A stretch of DNA of 64,000 nucleotides from an uncultured delta proteobacterium (GCA_963735595.1 CAVTLK010000001.1:32001-96000); one strand, 5' to 3'. Numbered from the stretch's first letter, positions 1-14,338 are shown. Notes: generated by a model not told the origin, from the letters alone. Translations and numbers: made by a program.

Positions 1-836
1 ACATCGGCGACCAGATCGGCGACGGTAAAATCGATCTCATGACCGACGGCCGAAATCACCGGGACCTCGCAGGCAAAGACGGCATCCGCGACCGCCTCGG
101 TATTGAATGCCCAGAGATCTTCCAGCGAGCCGCCCCCCCGTCCAACGATGACGACGTCGGCAAGCCGCATGCGGCCGACGATCTCTATGCCACGGGCGAT
201 CTCATATTCCGCCCCTTCTCCCTGCACCCTGACCGGGACGATGAGGATGCGGCTTCCGGGCATCCTGGTGAAAATGACTTTGAGGATGTCAAAAAGGGCG
301 GCGCCGGTGGGGGAGGTCACAACGGCAATCCGGGCCGGCAGAAAGGGGAGCGTACGTTTGCGCTCGGCGGCAAAATAGCCCTTTTCGGACAGGCGCTTTT
401 TGAGTTGCTCCAGGGCCAGCATCATCGCCCCGATGCCTACCGGCTCGATGTGATCGGCGATCAGCTGGTATTCTCCGCGGGCGGCGTATACACCGACGCG
501 CCCCATAATGAGGACGTGCTGTCCATCGGCGGGACGCCATGACGGCTCGCCTGACGGACGGTCGATGTCGGAAAAAAGGGAATCGGCCGGCCTGTCGATC
601 GATCGGGCAGGGATACCGGAAAACCCGAGGGATCGGGCCTGGTTCTTGAAAAGCACCACGCGGATCTGGGCCGTGTCATCCTTCAGGGTAAAATAGACGT
701 GGCCGGATGAAGGCGTGGCCAGTCCCGATATCTCTCCCTGGACCCAGACGGCGGGGAACGCCTCGTCCAGCAGATCGGTTATCAGGCCGGTCAGCTCGCC
801 GACGGTCAGAAACCTGCGGTTAGTAAAATCGTCCAT
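1..836 (-). CDS. xseA: Exodeoxyribonuclease VII large subunit (runs off window edge; contains indels)
   Basis: Read manually on the minus strand: MDDFTNRRFLTVGELT...VWVQGEISG...SGHVYFTLKD (OB fold), later GGGSLEDLWAFN and SAVGHEIDFT motifs. Not intact in the ORF track. Confidence 0.92.
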   Translation of the reverse strand, partial: MDDFTNRRFLTVGELTGLITDLLDEAFPAVWVQGEISGLATPSSGHVYFTLKDDTAQIRVVLFKNQARSLGFSGIPARSIDRPADSLFSDIDRPSGEPSWRPADGQHVLIMGRVGVYAARGEYQLIADHIEPVGIGAMMLALEQLKKRLSEKGYFAAERKRTLPFLPARIAVVTSPTGAALFDILKVIFTRMPGSRILIVPVRVQGEGAEYEIARGIEIVGRMRLADVVIVGRGGGSLEDLWAFNTEAVADAVFACEVPVISAVGHEIDFTVADLVAD

Positions 837-926
837 GGGTGCGGTCCCTTATTGACTTATTGGCCCGGCGCGTGTATTTTTATACTTTAATCTAAATCGA
901 AAACAACCTCAATAGGTTTTTTACCG

Positions 927-1919
927 ATGCTGGTCCTGGGAATAGATACCTCGTGTGATGACACCTGCGCCGCAGTCCTCGGGGATGATTTCGAGATACT
1001 GAGCTCCATCGTCTCTTCACAAGATGAGATACACGGCCGGTTCGGAGGCGTGGTGCCGGAGCTGGCGTCGCGAAAACACGTCGAGAATATCATCCCCATC
1101 ATTGACCACGCGCTGACCTCGGCCGGTGTAACGTTTTCCGATATCGACCTGATCGCCGTAACCAGGGGGCCGGGCCTGGTGGGTTCTCTGGTGGTGGGGG
1201 TTTCGGCCGCCAAGGCCATTTCCCTGGCCCGGTCGATCCCGCTGGTGGGAGTTAACCATCTCGAAGGCCACATCGCGTCGAGCTTCCTGGTGCCGGACCG
1301 TCCCGGATACCCGTTTGTGGCATTGGTGGTCTCCGGCGGACACACGAATCTCTACGTCGCAAACAGAGAGGGTGACTATATCCTGAGGGGGCAGACCGTC
1401 GACGATGCGGCAGGCGAGGCCTTCGACAAGGTGGCAAAGCTGCTGGGGCTCGGCTATCCGGGAGGGAGGGCTATCGAGTCGGCCGCGGCCGCAGTACGGG
1501 GGACGCCGGTTCACTTTACACGGCCGTTGTTAAAAAAGGGCCTGTATGACTTCTCGTTTTCGGGCTTAAAGACGGCGGTACGCACCGTTGTCGCCGCCGA
1601 GGCTTTTCTTGACGAGGCGCTTATCGGGAGGATAGCGGCCGGTTTTCAGGAGGCGGTAGTGGACGTGCTGGTCAAGAAGACCCTCGATCTGGCAAAAAAG
1701 GAGTCCATACAGACAATTGTCGTTACCGGCGGCGTGGCGGCCAACTCGCGATTGAGAGCGGTCATGGCCGAGCGCGCCGGCGGCGTGAGAGTGCTGCTCC
1801 CCCCGAAGCACCTGTGCACGGACAATGCGGCGATGATCGCCGCGGCCGGAAGAATCAGGGCAGAGGAGGCCTCTCTGGATAACCTCTCCTTGAACGCGGT
1901 ATCCCGATGGATGATCTAA
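927..1919 (+). CDS. tsaD: t6A tRNA modification protein TsaD
   Basis: GIDTSCDDT, GGVVPELASRKH, HLEGH, DDAAGEAFDK and TDNAAMI motifs. Confidence 0.97.
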   Translation: MLVLGIDTSCDDTCAAVLGDDFEILSSIVSSQDEIHGRFGGVVPELASRKHVENIIPIIDHALTSAGVTFSDIDLIAVTRGPGLVGSLVVGVSAAKAISLARSIPLVGVNHLEGHIASSFLVPDRPGYPFVALVVSGGHTNLYVANREGDYILRGQTVDDAAGEAFDKVAKLLGLGYPGGRAIESAAAAVRGTPVHFTRPLLKKGLYDFSFSGLKTAVRTVVAAEAFLDEALIGRIAAGFQEAVVDVLVKKTLDLAKKESIQTIVVTGGVAANSRLRAVMAERAGGVRVLLPPKHLCTDNAAMIAAAGRIRAEEASLDNLSLNAVSRWMI

Positions 1920-2443
1920 GGTCCACCCCGTCCGATCCAAAACCGAAACGCGCATCCCTGAGAAAGCGAATCTACGACGGCCTGCCTTCCCGGGGGACGA
2001 GCCTCAGGCAGCAGATACGGACGCTTATCTTCTCTGACGATTCCCAGGGGCAAATCGCGCTCGGTGCCGCGATCGGGGTCTTCGTGGCGCTTTCGCCCTT
2101 CGTGGGGACGCAGACGATAACCGCCCTCGGGCTTTCCCTGATCTTCGGGGCGAGCCGGCTGGCGGCGCTTGTCGGGACGCTGCTCAACAATCCGGTAACC
2201 ATGCCGCTTTTCTACCTGCTGGAGATGAAGCTCGGCTCGTATCTCCTCGGCTATCGCCTGGCCATGCCCGAGGGGATATGGGATAGTATGACGGAGCTGT
2301 TTTCCCTCGGCAGGAAGGCGTTTATTTCAATCATGGCGGGATTCGTGATAATCGGCCTGGTGTCGTCAATCGCCGCGTATATTCTCACGCTCGGGGCCGT
2401 CGGTTACCTGCGAAAAAGGCGGGAGGGGAAACAGGGGCAATGA
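1907..2443 (+). CDS. DUF2062-family membrane protein
   Basis: IALGAAIGVFVALSPFVG...LNNPVTMP pattern with hydrophobic helices. Confidence 0.75.
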   Translation: MDDLRSTPSDPKPKRASLRKRIYDGLPSRGTSLRQQIRTLIFSDDSQGQIALGAAIGVFVALSPFVGTQTITALGLSLIFGASRLAALVGTLLNNPVTMPLFYLLEMKLGSYLLGYRLAMPEGIWDSMTELFSLGRKAFISIMAGFVIIGLVSSIAAYILTLGAVGYLRKRREGKQGQ

Positions 2444-3300
2444 CCTCTCTCAGGGACACCCTCCAACGATCGGGGATCTTCCCCTACAAGGGACGGGGGC
2501 AGCACTTTCTCGTAAACGCCGCGGTAGCCCAAAAGATCGTTGCGCTTGCCGGGCTTACCCCCAACGATGTAGTAGTGGAGATTGGGCCGGGGACCGGGGC
2601 GCTGACGGCCGATCTCGTGCGGCAGGCCGGCCGGACCATCGCTATCGAGTCGGACAGGAAGCTTGCCTCCCTTATCAGGGAGACGATCGATTCGGACCGC
2701 CTCGAGGTGGTCTTCGGTGATGCCCTTCGGTACGACTTTCGCGCGCTCGGCGTATCGATCGGCGCGCGCTTTACGGTCGTGGCAAATCTCCCCTATAACA
2801 TATCGACCCCGCTCATATTTCGGCTGCTGGACGCCCGCCAGGTTGTCAAGAGGATCGTTCTGATGCTCCAGAAAGAGGTGGCCCTTCGGCTGACTGCCCC
2901 GCCCGGCACGAAGGAGTATGGTGCGTTAACGATCACGGCATCGCTCTATTCCGATATTTCAATCGCGCTTACCGTCGGGAGTGGGAACTTTTACCCGAGG
3001 CCAAAGGTCGACTCGGCCGTCGTGGTCTTTGAAACCCGCACGAACCCGCGGGTCGACGTGGGAGACACCGGTATATTTCCGCAGGTCGTCAGGGCGGCCT
3101 TCACCAACCGGAGGAAGACACTCAGGAACGCCCTCAAGGCACTCCTCGGTCATGCCGCTTCCGAAGGGATGGGGGCGATTGAGCAGCAGGCGGGGATAGA
3201 CCTGGGACGGAGGGGAGAGACCTGTTCGGTGGAGGAATTCGGCGCCCTGGCCCGGGCGGTTTCGACCGTCGTCCGGGGTACGGTTCAGAACGAGCGGTAG
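2440..3300 (+). CDS. rsmA: 16S rRNA m6,2A dimethyltransferase
   Basis: GQHFL, EIGPGTG, VANLPYNIS, FYPRPKVDS and RRKTLRNAL motifs. Confidence 0.96.
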   Translation: MTSLRDTLQRSGIFPYKGRGQHFLVNAAVAQKIVALAGLTPNDVVVEIGPGTGALTADLVRQAGRTIAIESDRKLASLIRETIDSDRLEVVFGDALRYDFRALGVSIGARFTVVANLPYNISTPLIFRLLDARQVVKRIVLMLQKEVALRLTAPPGTKEYGALTITASLYSDISIALTVGSGNFYPRPKVDSAVVVFETRTNPRVDVGDTGIFPQVVRAAFTNRRKTLRNALKALLGHAASEGMGAIEQQAGIDLGRRGETCSVEEFGALARAVSTVVRGTVQNER

Positions 3301-3321
3301 GACGGACCGAGACGGGTGAGA

Positions 3322-3948
3322 TCAGATCTCTTTTTTAAGAATGATCACTTCCGTCGCAGGCCCGACGAGGCCCTTGAAGTCGGCGGCGTCCTTCTCGGTG
3401 CCGACGATCTCCCCCCAGTGCATGGGGACGACCCGTGAAAGCTTCATGGCGTTGACGGCTTCAGCTGCTTCGCGGCTTTCCATGGTGTAGGTCCCGCCGA
3501 TCGGGACGAAGCCGACATCGGCTGTCAGGCCCTTCATCTCCGGGATGAAGTCGGTATCGCCGGCGTGGTAGAGGCGCACCCCGTCGATGGTAAGGATATA
3601 CCCAAGCCAATCGTTCGCTTTCGGGTGGTACGTTTTCGTGAGATTATACGCGGGGACGGCCTCAATCGTCATCCCCATGAGCCGGGCGGACTCCCCGGGG
3701 CGCATCGTTACTACGGAGGCGGGATAGTCGGGCCTGGCGTCCGACGAGATAACGAGCGTCGTCTTTTCCCCGGCGACCTTGGCGATGTCTTCGGGAGAGA
3801 AATGATCCGAATGGGTGTGAGAGACCAGGATGAGGTCGGCTTTCCGTACACGGGTAACGCGGTAGGGATCAAAGCAGACCGTTCGTGAGCCGTACACGGC
3901 AAAAGAGGCGTGCCCGAGCCAATGAATCTTTTCCATGATATCGGCCAT
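3322..3948 (-). CDS. MBL-fold metallo-hydrolase
   Basis: WLGHASF, SHTHSDH, YHAGDT and PMHW motifs; SD sequence AAGGAGG upstream. Confidence 0.9.
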   Translation of the reverse strand: MADIMEKIHWLGHASFAVYGSRTVCFDPYRVTRVRKADLILVSHTHSDHFSPEDIAKVAGEKTTLVISSDARPDYPASVVTMRPGESARLMGMTIEAVPAYNLTKTYHPKANDWLGYILTIDGVRLYHAGDTDFIPEMKGLTADVGFVPIGGTYTMESREAAEAVNAMKLSRVVPMHWGEIVGTEKDAADFKGLVGPATEVIILKKEI

Positions 3949-4287
3949 ATCACTGTTCCTCCTTTTTTAACTATACCGCGGCGGGAGTATAGTGTCAAGT
4001 GCGCCCGATGCGGGGCATACGGGAATGACCGCAGCGGCCGTACGGATTTCGTGGCCGCGGAATGGGATCGGCGAGGGGAGTAGTTGAAGAATCTGAAGAA
4101 ATTCATCGTAATTACGGTATGTTGCGTGATCGAACCCCGTTGGGGGGAAATAATAAAAGCTTGACAGTTTATAGCGATTATGATACTTTTTTCCATGTAA
4201 TTATTACTTATGCAGGCACCTCCAGCGGTCTTTATGGGCGCGCCAGGGCGAACGAATCAAATCCCGACGGTATAGGGGCGATCCCCG

Positions 4288-4764
4288 GTGATTGGACGTG
4301 ATCAAGGGCGAGAGGGCGAACAGAGCCTTATTACGGTCTTCTCGGTCGGGGAAATAAGGTTTGCGATCAACGTCGAGAACCTGTCAGAGATAATCCAGTT
4401 TACCGATATCATAATGGGCTCTGACAAGGGATGCGTGCTCGGAACGGTGGACCTGAGGGGTGTCAAAATACCCATCCTTGACATGGAAAAGTACTTTGGA
4501 GTAGAGGCGTCGCAGGATAGCCGCAGCCTCCGAAGCATGATCATACTCAAAAAGAACGTAGGCGACGAGCCCGGTATGATGGGTATGATCGTCGATCGTA
4601 TCGAGGGTGTGCACCGGGAGAAAGAATTGACCTTCTACTCGTTTCCCGAGATTGCGCAGAACAATGATACGGCGGTTTATCAGGGCACGCTCTTGTTGGG
4701 ACAGGAGCTTATCCTGTTCTTGAATACGCCGCGGTTAATGGAGCGGGCGTGGGCCGCCCGCTGA
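4288..4764 (+). CDS. CheW-like protein
   Basis: LGTVDLRGVKIPILD and GMIVDRI are CheW-like motifs. Confidence 0.75.
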   Translation: MIGRDQGREGEQSLITVFSVGEIRFAINVENLSEIIQFTDIIMGSDKGCVLGTVDLRGVKIPILDMEKYFGVEASQDSRSLRSMIILKKNVGDEPGMMGMIVDRIEGVHREKELTFYSFPEIAQNNDTAVYQGTLLLGQELILFLNTPRLMERAWAAR

Positions 4765-4861
4765 TCCAATCGAATAAGCGGGTGAGCATTGAATGCCGCC
4801 GCGGCCGAAGGCAACGAGGCACGTATATTTTTTCTCGCTCAGGATAGGACTCCTAAACGGC

Positions 4862-5278
4862 GTGATTGAACGGCAATATTTCCTCTTCGCCCTTGAGAAA
4901 AGGACGTTTGGTGTTCCCATTGCCGACGTCGTTAAGGTTGTTTCTATCGAGAGGATTTATCGGATACCGTTGCTGTCCGCTTTCTTCTGGGGATTTATCA
5001 TCCATGAAAAAAGGCCGGTCCCGTACATAAACCTGAAGAAGAGGATGAACATGGCCGGCCGAGCCGACAACGAAATCGGCGTTATTGTACGTGTCGGCTC
5101 CGAACCCATAGCGTTTTCAATAGACGGCAGCTACGAAGTCGTGGAGCTTGAGCGGGAACCGGAACCGATTCCGATGGAGTTTAAGGGGGTGATGAAGAAC
5201 TTTTTCAGCGCCCGAGGCACTCACAATAACCGGAATTTCATTATACTCAATGTTCGCGCACTGGCCCCCGCATCATAG
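4862..5278 (+). CDS. Divergent CheW-like protein
   Basis: FGVPIADVVKVV...RIP...GFIIHEKRPVPYINL; GTG start at 4862 preferred over 4793. Confidence 0.65.
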   Translation: MIERQYFLFALEKRTFGVPIADVVKVVSIERIYRIPLLSAFFWGFIIHEKRPVPYINLKKRMNMAGRADNEIGVIVRVGSEPIAFSIDGSYEVVELEREPEPIPMEFKGVMKNFFSARGTHNNRNFIILNVRALAPAS

Positions 5279-5302
5279 ATAACCTTTATACGGTTAAATG
5301 CC

Positions 5303-6876
5303 ATGCCAAAAAAGATCCTGCTCGCCGATGACAGCGTAACAATCCAGAAGGTCGTGAGTATCACCCTTGCCCATGAGGATTTCGATCTCACGATCGTTGA
5401 TAACGGTTCGAAGGCCGTCTCCAAGGCTAAAGAAATCAAACCCGATGTAATCCTGCTGGATGTCGTTATGCCGGACAAAGACGGCTATCAGGTCTGCCAG
5501 GAGATCAAGGGGAACGCCGATCTCAAGAATACCCCGGTTATCCTTTTGACGGGCACATTTGAGCCCTTCGACGCGGACAGGGCCGCAGAGGTCGGTGCGG
5601 ACGACTTTATCAAGAAACCGTTTGAATCTCACACCCTGATCAACAAGGTAAAGGAAATGGCGTCGCGTTCCGGGGTATCCCGCGGAAAACCGGTCGATAT
5701 CAGCGGGGTTGACATTGATTTCGAGACTCCGATCGAGGCCGAATACGAAACAACGCCGGCAGCAAAAGAGACGCCCCGTGATGAAGGGGTGGCAACCGGG
5801 GACCTTGAGAGTGCCTGGGAGACGGAGACGGAAACGGAAAAGCCATCCGTAAAGCAACAGGAAGGCGATGATATCTGGTCGGTCGAGGAGTTTGAGGATA
5901 TCGGCGGGACCGGGGGGGAAACAAAACCTCGGGAACGGGCAGCGCGGCCCGCGATTGCTTCGGAGACGGAAAGCCCGTCGCCGAGACCGTCGGAGCGAGA
6001 GCCAGTAAAGGAGGGACTTTCTCGAGAGGCGGCCGCCTCCGATGAGTTCTTCGTTAGAGAGGGTAAACCGCGCGATGTCAATGTCGAGGATTTCGAGCTG
6101 GGCGAAGAAATCAGCGAGGATGAGCTCGAAAAATTCCTCGAAGAAGAGACAACCGATGTGGAGATAGGCGCCGGGGAAGAGCCGGAGATTGGCAGCCCCG
6201 ATGTTTCCGGTGCGGACGAAGAGATATTTATGTCCGGGGAGGGCGGACGTACGGCACGGCCCGGCCGACAGGCGTCCCGGCCGGCAGATGAGGAACTGTT
6301 TGTCGAGGATTTTGAGGGATCACCTCTCGACAGGGATGTTCGTAAGCAGACCGGTGACTTTCTTGTGGAGGACTCGGACGAAGAAGAGCCGATAGAGCTT
6401 GAATGGGAGGACGAGCCGCCTCCGAAAGCGCAGAAGGCCGCGGCCCCTGAAAAAGCCGCCGACGAGTTCGAAACGCTGATCCGCAGGACGGCGGAAGAAG
6501 AAATGGCGGATTTTCCTCGTGAGCAAGGCAGCGACTCCCGGTGCCGCACGCCGGCCTGCAACGAGGGAATTCGAGGTCGATTTAAGCTCGTTTGAAGAAG
6601 AACCCCGGCGGGGTGAGACAGGAAAGAGTCGGTCGGATTTGGGGACGTTCGACTTCGAGGAACTTTCGGAAGGAGACCCCAGTCGAAGGGGAAGGCCCCG
6701 GAGTGGAAACGGCCGCGGGAGAGTTCGCTGAACGGGCCGATAAAAAAGACATGTCCAAGGCCGTTGATAGGATTGCGCGGGAGCTCATCGAAAAGGTGGT
6801 CTGGGAAGTGGTGCCGGAATTGGCCGAGGAGCTTATTAAACAGGAAATAAAGCGTCTCAAAGGCGAGAAGTCATAG
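5303..6876 (+). CDS. romR: RomR-like response regulator (REC domain, long acidic linker, conserved C-terminal helix); indels at about 6520-6700
   Basis: ILLADDSVTIQKVV...LLDVVMP...KPF receiver domain; E/D-rich linker; C-terminal ARELIEKVVWEVVPELAEELIKQEI lies in a second frame; valS is adjacent. Confidence 0.75.
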
Positions 6877-6914
6877 ATATATCGTAATTACGAAAGCGCA
6901 GCCGTTTTTCGATT

Positions 6915-6941
6915 AGGGGATGAGCCATCCCCTCATTTTTT
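6915..6941 (+). terminator. Intrinsic terminator-like hairpin after the romR-like gene
   Basis: AGGGGATG-agc-CATCCCCT followed by CATTTTTT. Confidence 0.6.
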
Positions 6942-6970
6942 GTCGTTTCTTGATAATGGGGTCAGACAGC

Positions 6971-9629
6971 GTGGAAGACAAGGGCTACAATCCGGCGAAT
7001 ATCGAAGACAAGTGGTACGAATACTGGGAGCGGGAGGGTCTGTTCAGGGCCGATAATTCGTCAAACGCCCAGCCCTATTCAATCGTCATTCCCCCGCCGA
7101 ACGTTACCGGATCACTCCATATGGGACATGCCCTGAACAATACCATGCAGGATATCCTCATCAGGATGAAACGGATGCAGGGTAAAAACACCCTCTGGAT
7201 GCCCGGTACCGATCACGCCGGAATCGCCACCCAGAACGTGGTGGAAAAGGAGCTGGCCAAGGAGGGCAAGACCCGGCACGACCTGGGGCGGGAGGCCTTC
7301 GTCCAGCGGGTTTGGGAATGGCGGACTATGTACGGCGGCCTGATCATTAACCAGCTCAAGAAGCTCGGCGCCTCGTGTGACTGGAGCCGCGAACGTTTTA
7401 CCATGGATGAGGGTCTTTCCCGGGCGGTCAAGCTGGTATTTGTAACCCTCTATAATGACGGGCTTATCTACCGGGGCGATTATATTATCAACTGGTGCCC
7501 GCGCTGCCATACGGCACTGGCCGACCTCGAGGTGGAACATGAGCAGCGGGGTGGGCACCTCTATCACGTCCGATACCCGATCGTCGGTGAGGGCGGGGCA
7601 TATATCGTCGTGGCCACTACCCGACCCGAGACGATGTTCGGCGATACCGCCCTGGCGGTAAACCCCGGCGACAAGCGCTACGCCGGAATGACGAATAAAA
7701 AGGCGCTCCTGCCGATCCTGAAGCGGGAGATACCCATCATATTTGATACGTACGTCACCATGGAGTTCGGTACCGGGGCGCTCAAGATCACGCCCGCCCA
7801 CGATTTGAACGACTTTCAGATCGGTAATACCCACGGTCTCGAACGGGTGGTCGTCATCGACGACGATGGCGTCATGAATGAACAAGCCGGACCCTACGCG
7901 GGGATGGATCGATGGGCCGCGCGCGATAAGGTCGTGGAAGACCTTAACACGGCCGGGTTACTTGAGAAAATAGAAGACTACCCCGTGTCGGTGGGGACCT
8001 GCTATCGGTGTCACACGGTTATCGAGCCGATCCTCAAGAAGCAATGGTTCGTGAAAGCCGATGTCCTGGCGAAAGAGGCAATCGAGGCCGTCAAGGACGG
8101 CAGGACGAGGATCGTGCCCAAGCAGTGGGAAAAGACCTACTTCGAATGGATGTATAATATCCGGGATTGGTGCGTCTCCCGCCAGATATGGTGGGGGCAT
8201 CGGATTCCCGCCTGGTACTGTGACGACTGCGGGGCGGTTATCGTCTCGATGGATGCGCCGGCATCCTGCGGCGCCTGCAAGGGCACGGGTCTTACCCAGG
8301 AAACCGACGTGCTGGATACCTGGTTCTCGAGCGCCCTGTGGCCGTTTTCCACCCTCGGCTGGCCCGACGAGACCAAGGACCTCGCCGTCTACTACCCCAC
8401 GTCGGTGCTGGTAACCGGGTTCGATATCCTTTTTTTCTGGGTCGCCCGGATGATGATGATGGGGCTCTACTTCAGAAAGGAAGTCCCGTTTCGGGACGTC
8501 TATATCCACGCGCTGGTGAGGGACGAGCAAGGGTCCAAGATGAGTAAGTCCAAGGGAAACGTCATCGATCCCCTGACAATCATCGACAAATACGGGGCGG
8601 ATGCCTTCCGGTTCACGCTGGCGGCCTTTGCCGCCATGGGGCGGGACGTCAAACTCTCCGAGGGCCGGATCGAGGGATATCGGTTTTTCATCAATAAGCT
8701 CTGGAACGCTTCGCGGTTCGTCATGATGAACCTTGACGAGGGGTATACACCCGACTATGATTTTTCGGGCAGGGACCTAACGCTGGCCGACCGCTGGATT
8801 CTGAGCCGGCTGGAAACGGTGACGGGACGGGTGACCCAGGCGTTGGAAGAGTACGAGTTTAACAACGCGGCGGGCGCGCTCTACCAGTTCGCGTGGCACG
8901 AGTTCTGTGATTGGTACCTTGAGATAAGCAAGATATATCTTTCCTCGGACGACGCGGACGCCGCCAGACGGGTTAGAGATATCCTCGTCTACTGTCTGGA
9001 TACGACGATGCGGCTGCTCCATCCGATCATCCCGTTTGTCACCGAGGAGCTCCACGCGAAGATTCCGGGAGCAGCGGGTAGTCTCGTGACAGGGCCGTTT
9101 CCGGTTAAGAACGATTCGCTGGTTTTTCCGGAGGCCGAGCGGGACTTCGAAAGCATTCAAATCCTCGTTACGGGGATCAGGAACATTCGGGGTGAGATGA
9201 ACATTCACCCGAAAAAGAGGCTGACGGCGATCATATCGGCCAAAGACAAGGATCAGGCCGTCGTCCGGGAAAACGTCGAAGTATATAAAGACGCTGGCGG
9301 GTGTAGAGGAAGTCCAACTCGGCGAATCGATCTCACGGCCCGAGGCGTCGGCCACGGCCGTTTGCGGCCCCTTTACCGTCTATATTCCGCTTGCCGGTGT
9401 CATAGAATTCGATGAGGAGAGGAAACGGCTTTCCTCGGAGATAGAAAAGGTCAGTGAGGAGATCGACAAGGTCAATCGGAAACTCGGAAACGACGAATTC
9501 GTAAAAAAGGCGCCCGAAGAGGTCGTCTTAAAGGAGAAGGAGCGGATGGCGGTGCTCGTCTCCAAGAAAGAGCGGGTGGCCGAAAGTATCGACCGACTTG
9601 AGGACTATTTCAAAAAAGGCGGAAATTAA
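6971..9629 (+). CDS. valS: Valine--tRNA ligase (indel near 9290)
   Basis: PPPNVTGSLHMGH, DWCVSRQIWWGH and KMSKS motifs; the C-terminal coiled coil (KLGNDEFVKKAPEEVV) continues in another frame to the TAA at 9629. Start may be 6956. Confidence 0.97.
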
Positions 9630-9728
9630 GGATATAGAGCACGTATTTCTCCCGACGAAGCGGCCCCAAGGGGAGGGTACTCTGTGCGGCGGGAACGAAT
9701 TACGGGTCCACCGGGGGGAATTGAACGG

Positions 9729-10571
9729 ATGCAGCTGACCCCGCACGTCATCGCACTGATCGACCTGGCGCTGACAGAAGACCTCGGCGGCGGCGACATC
9801 ACGACTGACGCGACGATTCTCGACGGACTCTCGGTCCATTGCCGTGGTACGGGCCAAGGAAGACCTGATCCTGGCGGGACTGCCGGTATTTACGGCCGTC
9901 TTCAATCGCCTGGGGGCTCGCGTGACCTTTCGGACGAGAAGCGGGACGGAGACGCCGTTGCCAAAGGCGAGCCTTATCACGAGGGTCACCGGCCCCACCA
10001 AGACGCTCCTTTCGGGCGAGCGAACGGCCCTCAACTTCCTCATGCGTCTTTCTGGTATCGCTACGCTGACGAGCCAATGCGTCCAGCGGATCGCGGGGAC
10101 AAAGACCGTGATCGTCGATACCCGCAAGACGACACCCGGCTGGCGCGCCCTCGAGAAATACGCGGTGCGCATGGGTGGGGGCAGAAACCACCGCTTCTCA
10201 CTCTCCGACGGCGTACTGATCAAGGACAACCACATTACGGCGGCCGGCGGCATTACTAACGCCGTTACCCGGGCCAGGCGGCGGGCTCCCCACACGGCGC
10301 AGGATCGAGGTGGAGGTCAAGAACACCGCCGAGATCGATGAGGCCCTGGCGGCCGGGTGTTGATATACTCCTGTTGGATAACATGACACCCGAGCAGGCG
10401 GCATCGTCGGTATCCCTGGTTGCCGGCCGCGCGCCGGTCGAAGTCTCGGGGAATATGAGGCCCGATACGATCGGCGACTACGCCCGGATCGGTGTCGATT
10501 TTATCTCCATGGGATTTCTCACCCATTCGGCCCGATCGGTCGACATCAATATGAAAATAGAGACACCATGA
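9729..10571 (+). CDS. nadC: Quinolinate phosphoribosyltransferase (indels)
   Basis: EDLGGGDITT, ERTALNF, DTRKTTPG, LIKDNH and LLDNM motifs spread over three frames. Confidence 0.95.
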
Positions 10572-11357
10572 GCGAGGACCTTTCCTACTTCATCAAGGGC
10601 ATGCTCAAGACCAGGGTGATGGGTCGGGAGATCATCACGATCGACGAGACCGATTCTACGAACCGGGACGCGATGAAGCTGGCCAGAAGGGAGGGACATG
10701 AAGGGTGGGTCGTCGTCGCCCGGCACCAGCGCCGGGGCAAGGGGCGGCGGGGCAAGGAATGGTCTTCTCCCGGCGGCCAGAACCTCTATATGTCCGTTCT
10801 GCTGAGGCCCAGAATTTCACTGAGAAAGACCTCGTTTCTGACGCTGTTGGCGACCGTGGCGGTCGCCGAAACGCTGTCGGACTATATACCCAAGGGGGTC
10901 TTTATCAAGTGGCCCAACGACGTTATGGTCACGGGCAAGAAGATATCGGGTATTCTCCTGGAAATGGGAAAGGACGTCAACGGAGAGGACTTCCTCGTTC
11001 TTGGAGTCGGTATCAACGTAAACTGTACGAGATACGAGATCCCCGCCGGAGCTTTCCGAGATCGCAACGTCACTGTACCTTGAACTCGGCTACTCCGTTT
11101 CGGTGAAGGATGTCCTCTTTAAGCTTCTCAATCGACTGGACTACGGGTACAGCCTGTACACGTCGTCGGATTTCGATACGATCATCGAACGCTTTCGTGC
11201 TTTCGAGCAGACAACCGGAAGGCGTGTCTTGGTCGATGTTGCGGGCGTGCGTATGTCCGGTCACGCCGTCGGTATCGATGAGGACGGGTTTCTTCTCGTT
11301 CAGGACGACAACGGCAAGATATCGAAGGTTATTTCGGGCGATCTACAGTTTGAGTGA
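10568..11357 (+). CDS. birA: Biotin--protein ligase (indels near 11040-11070)
   Basis: DSTN, QRRGKGRRG, KWPND, KISGILLE and C-terminal GIDEDGFL...SGD motifs. Confidence 0.93.
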
Positions 11358-11365
11358 GGCTACAT

Positions 11366-12133
11366 ATGTTGTTGGTAGTTGACGTTGGTAATACCAACAC
11401 CGTCATCGGGGTTTTTGACGGCGATGATCTCGTGAGTAACTGGCGAGTTGTTACGATGACGGAACGTACCTCCGACGAGTATGGAGTACTTATTCAGAGC
11501 CTCTACCATTCGTCGAAGATCAGTTCGCGGGACATCAAGGATATTATTGTATCATGCGTGGTGCCGCCCATGGTAGGGAATCATCGACGAGCTGTGCGAG
11601 AAGTATTTCGAAATTAAGCCGCTCTATGTGGAGCCGGGAATCAAGACGGGAATGCCGATCTTCTACGACAATCCCAAGGAAGTAGGCGCCGACCGGATCG
11701 TCAATGCCGTCGCAGCCTACAATCGGAAGAAAACCGCACATATCATTGTCGACTTCGGGACAGCCACAACGTTCGATTACGTAAATGAAAACGGTGAGTA
11801 CTTGGGAGGCGTTATCGCCCCCGGGCTTATGACCTCCAGCGAGGCGCTGTTTGCCAAGGCAAGCCGCCTGTTCAAGGTGGAACTTGTCGGCCGAAAAACA
11901 TCATCGGGAAAAACACGATACACAGCCTGCAGTCCGGTATCGTTCTCGGATACGTTGACATGGTCGATGGGTTGGTCTCCCGGATCGTGGAAGAGGCGGG
12001 TGGCAACCCCTGGGTAATCGCCACCGGGGGTCTGGCCGAGCTGATCGCAGGGGAATCAAAGACAATCAAGGAGGTTGATAAGTTCCTGACGCTGGAGGGG
12101 CTCAAGGTCATTTATCACCTGAACCGCACCTAA
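11366..12133 (+). CDS. coaX: Type III pantothenate kinase (indels)
   Basis: [27 protein letters not shown] and ATGG motifs. Confidence 0.94.
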
Positions 12134-12255
12134 AAGGGCAAGCCGTGCCCGCAAATGATTATGTACAGGGATGACAAACTTTCCTTGACATTTTTCCCAA
12201 AAAACATATTATGATACCTTAATTCTACGGGTAATTCTTAAAGGAACACAGGTAT

Positions 12256-14338
<2,083 letters not shown>

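Noticed and set aside
5629..6561. 310-aa Ser-rich antisense ORF
   Set aside because: Shadow of the Glu/Asp-rich romR-like linker.
6920..6970. valS start at ATG 6920
   Set aside because: It lies inside a terminator-like hairpin; recognisable sequence begins near 6971.
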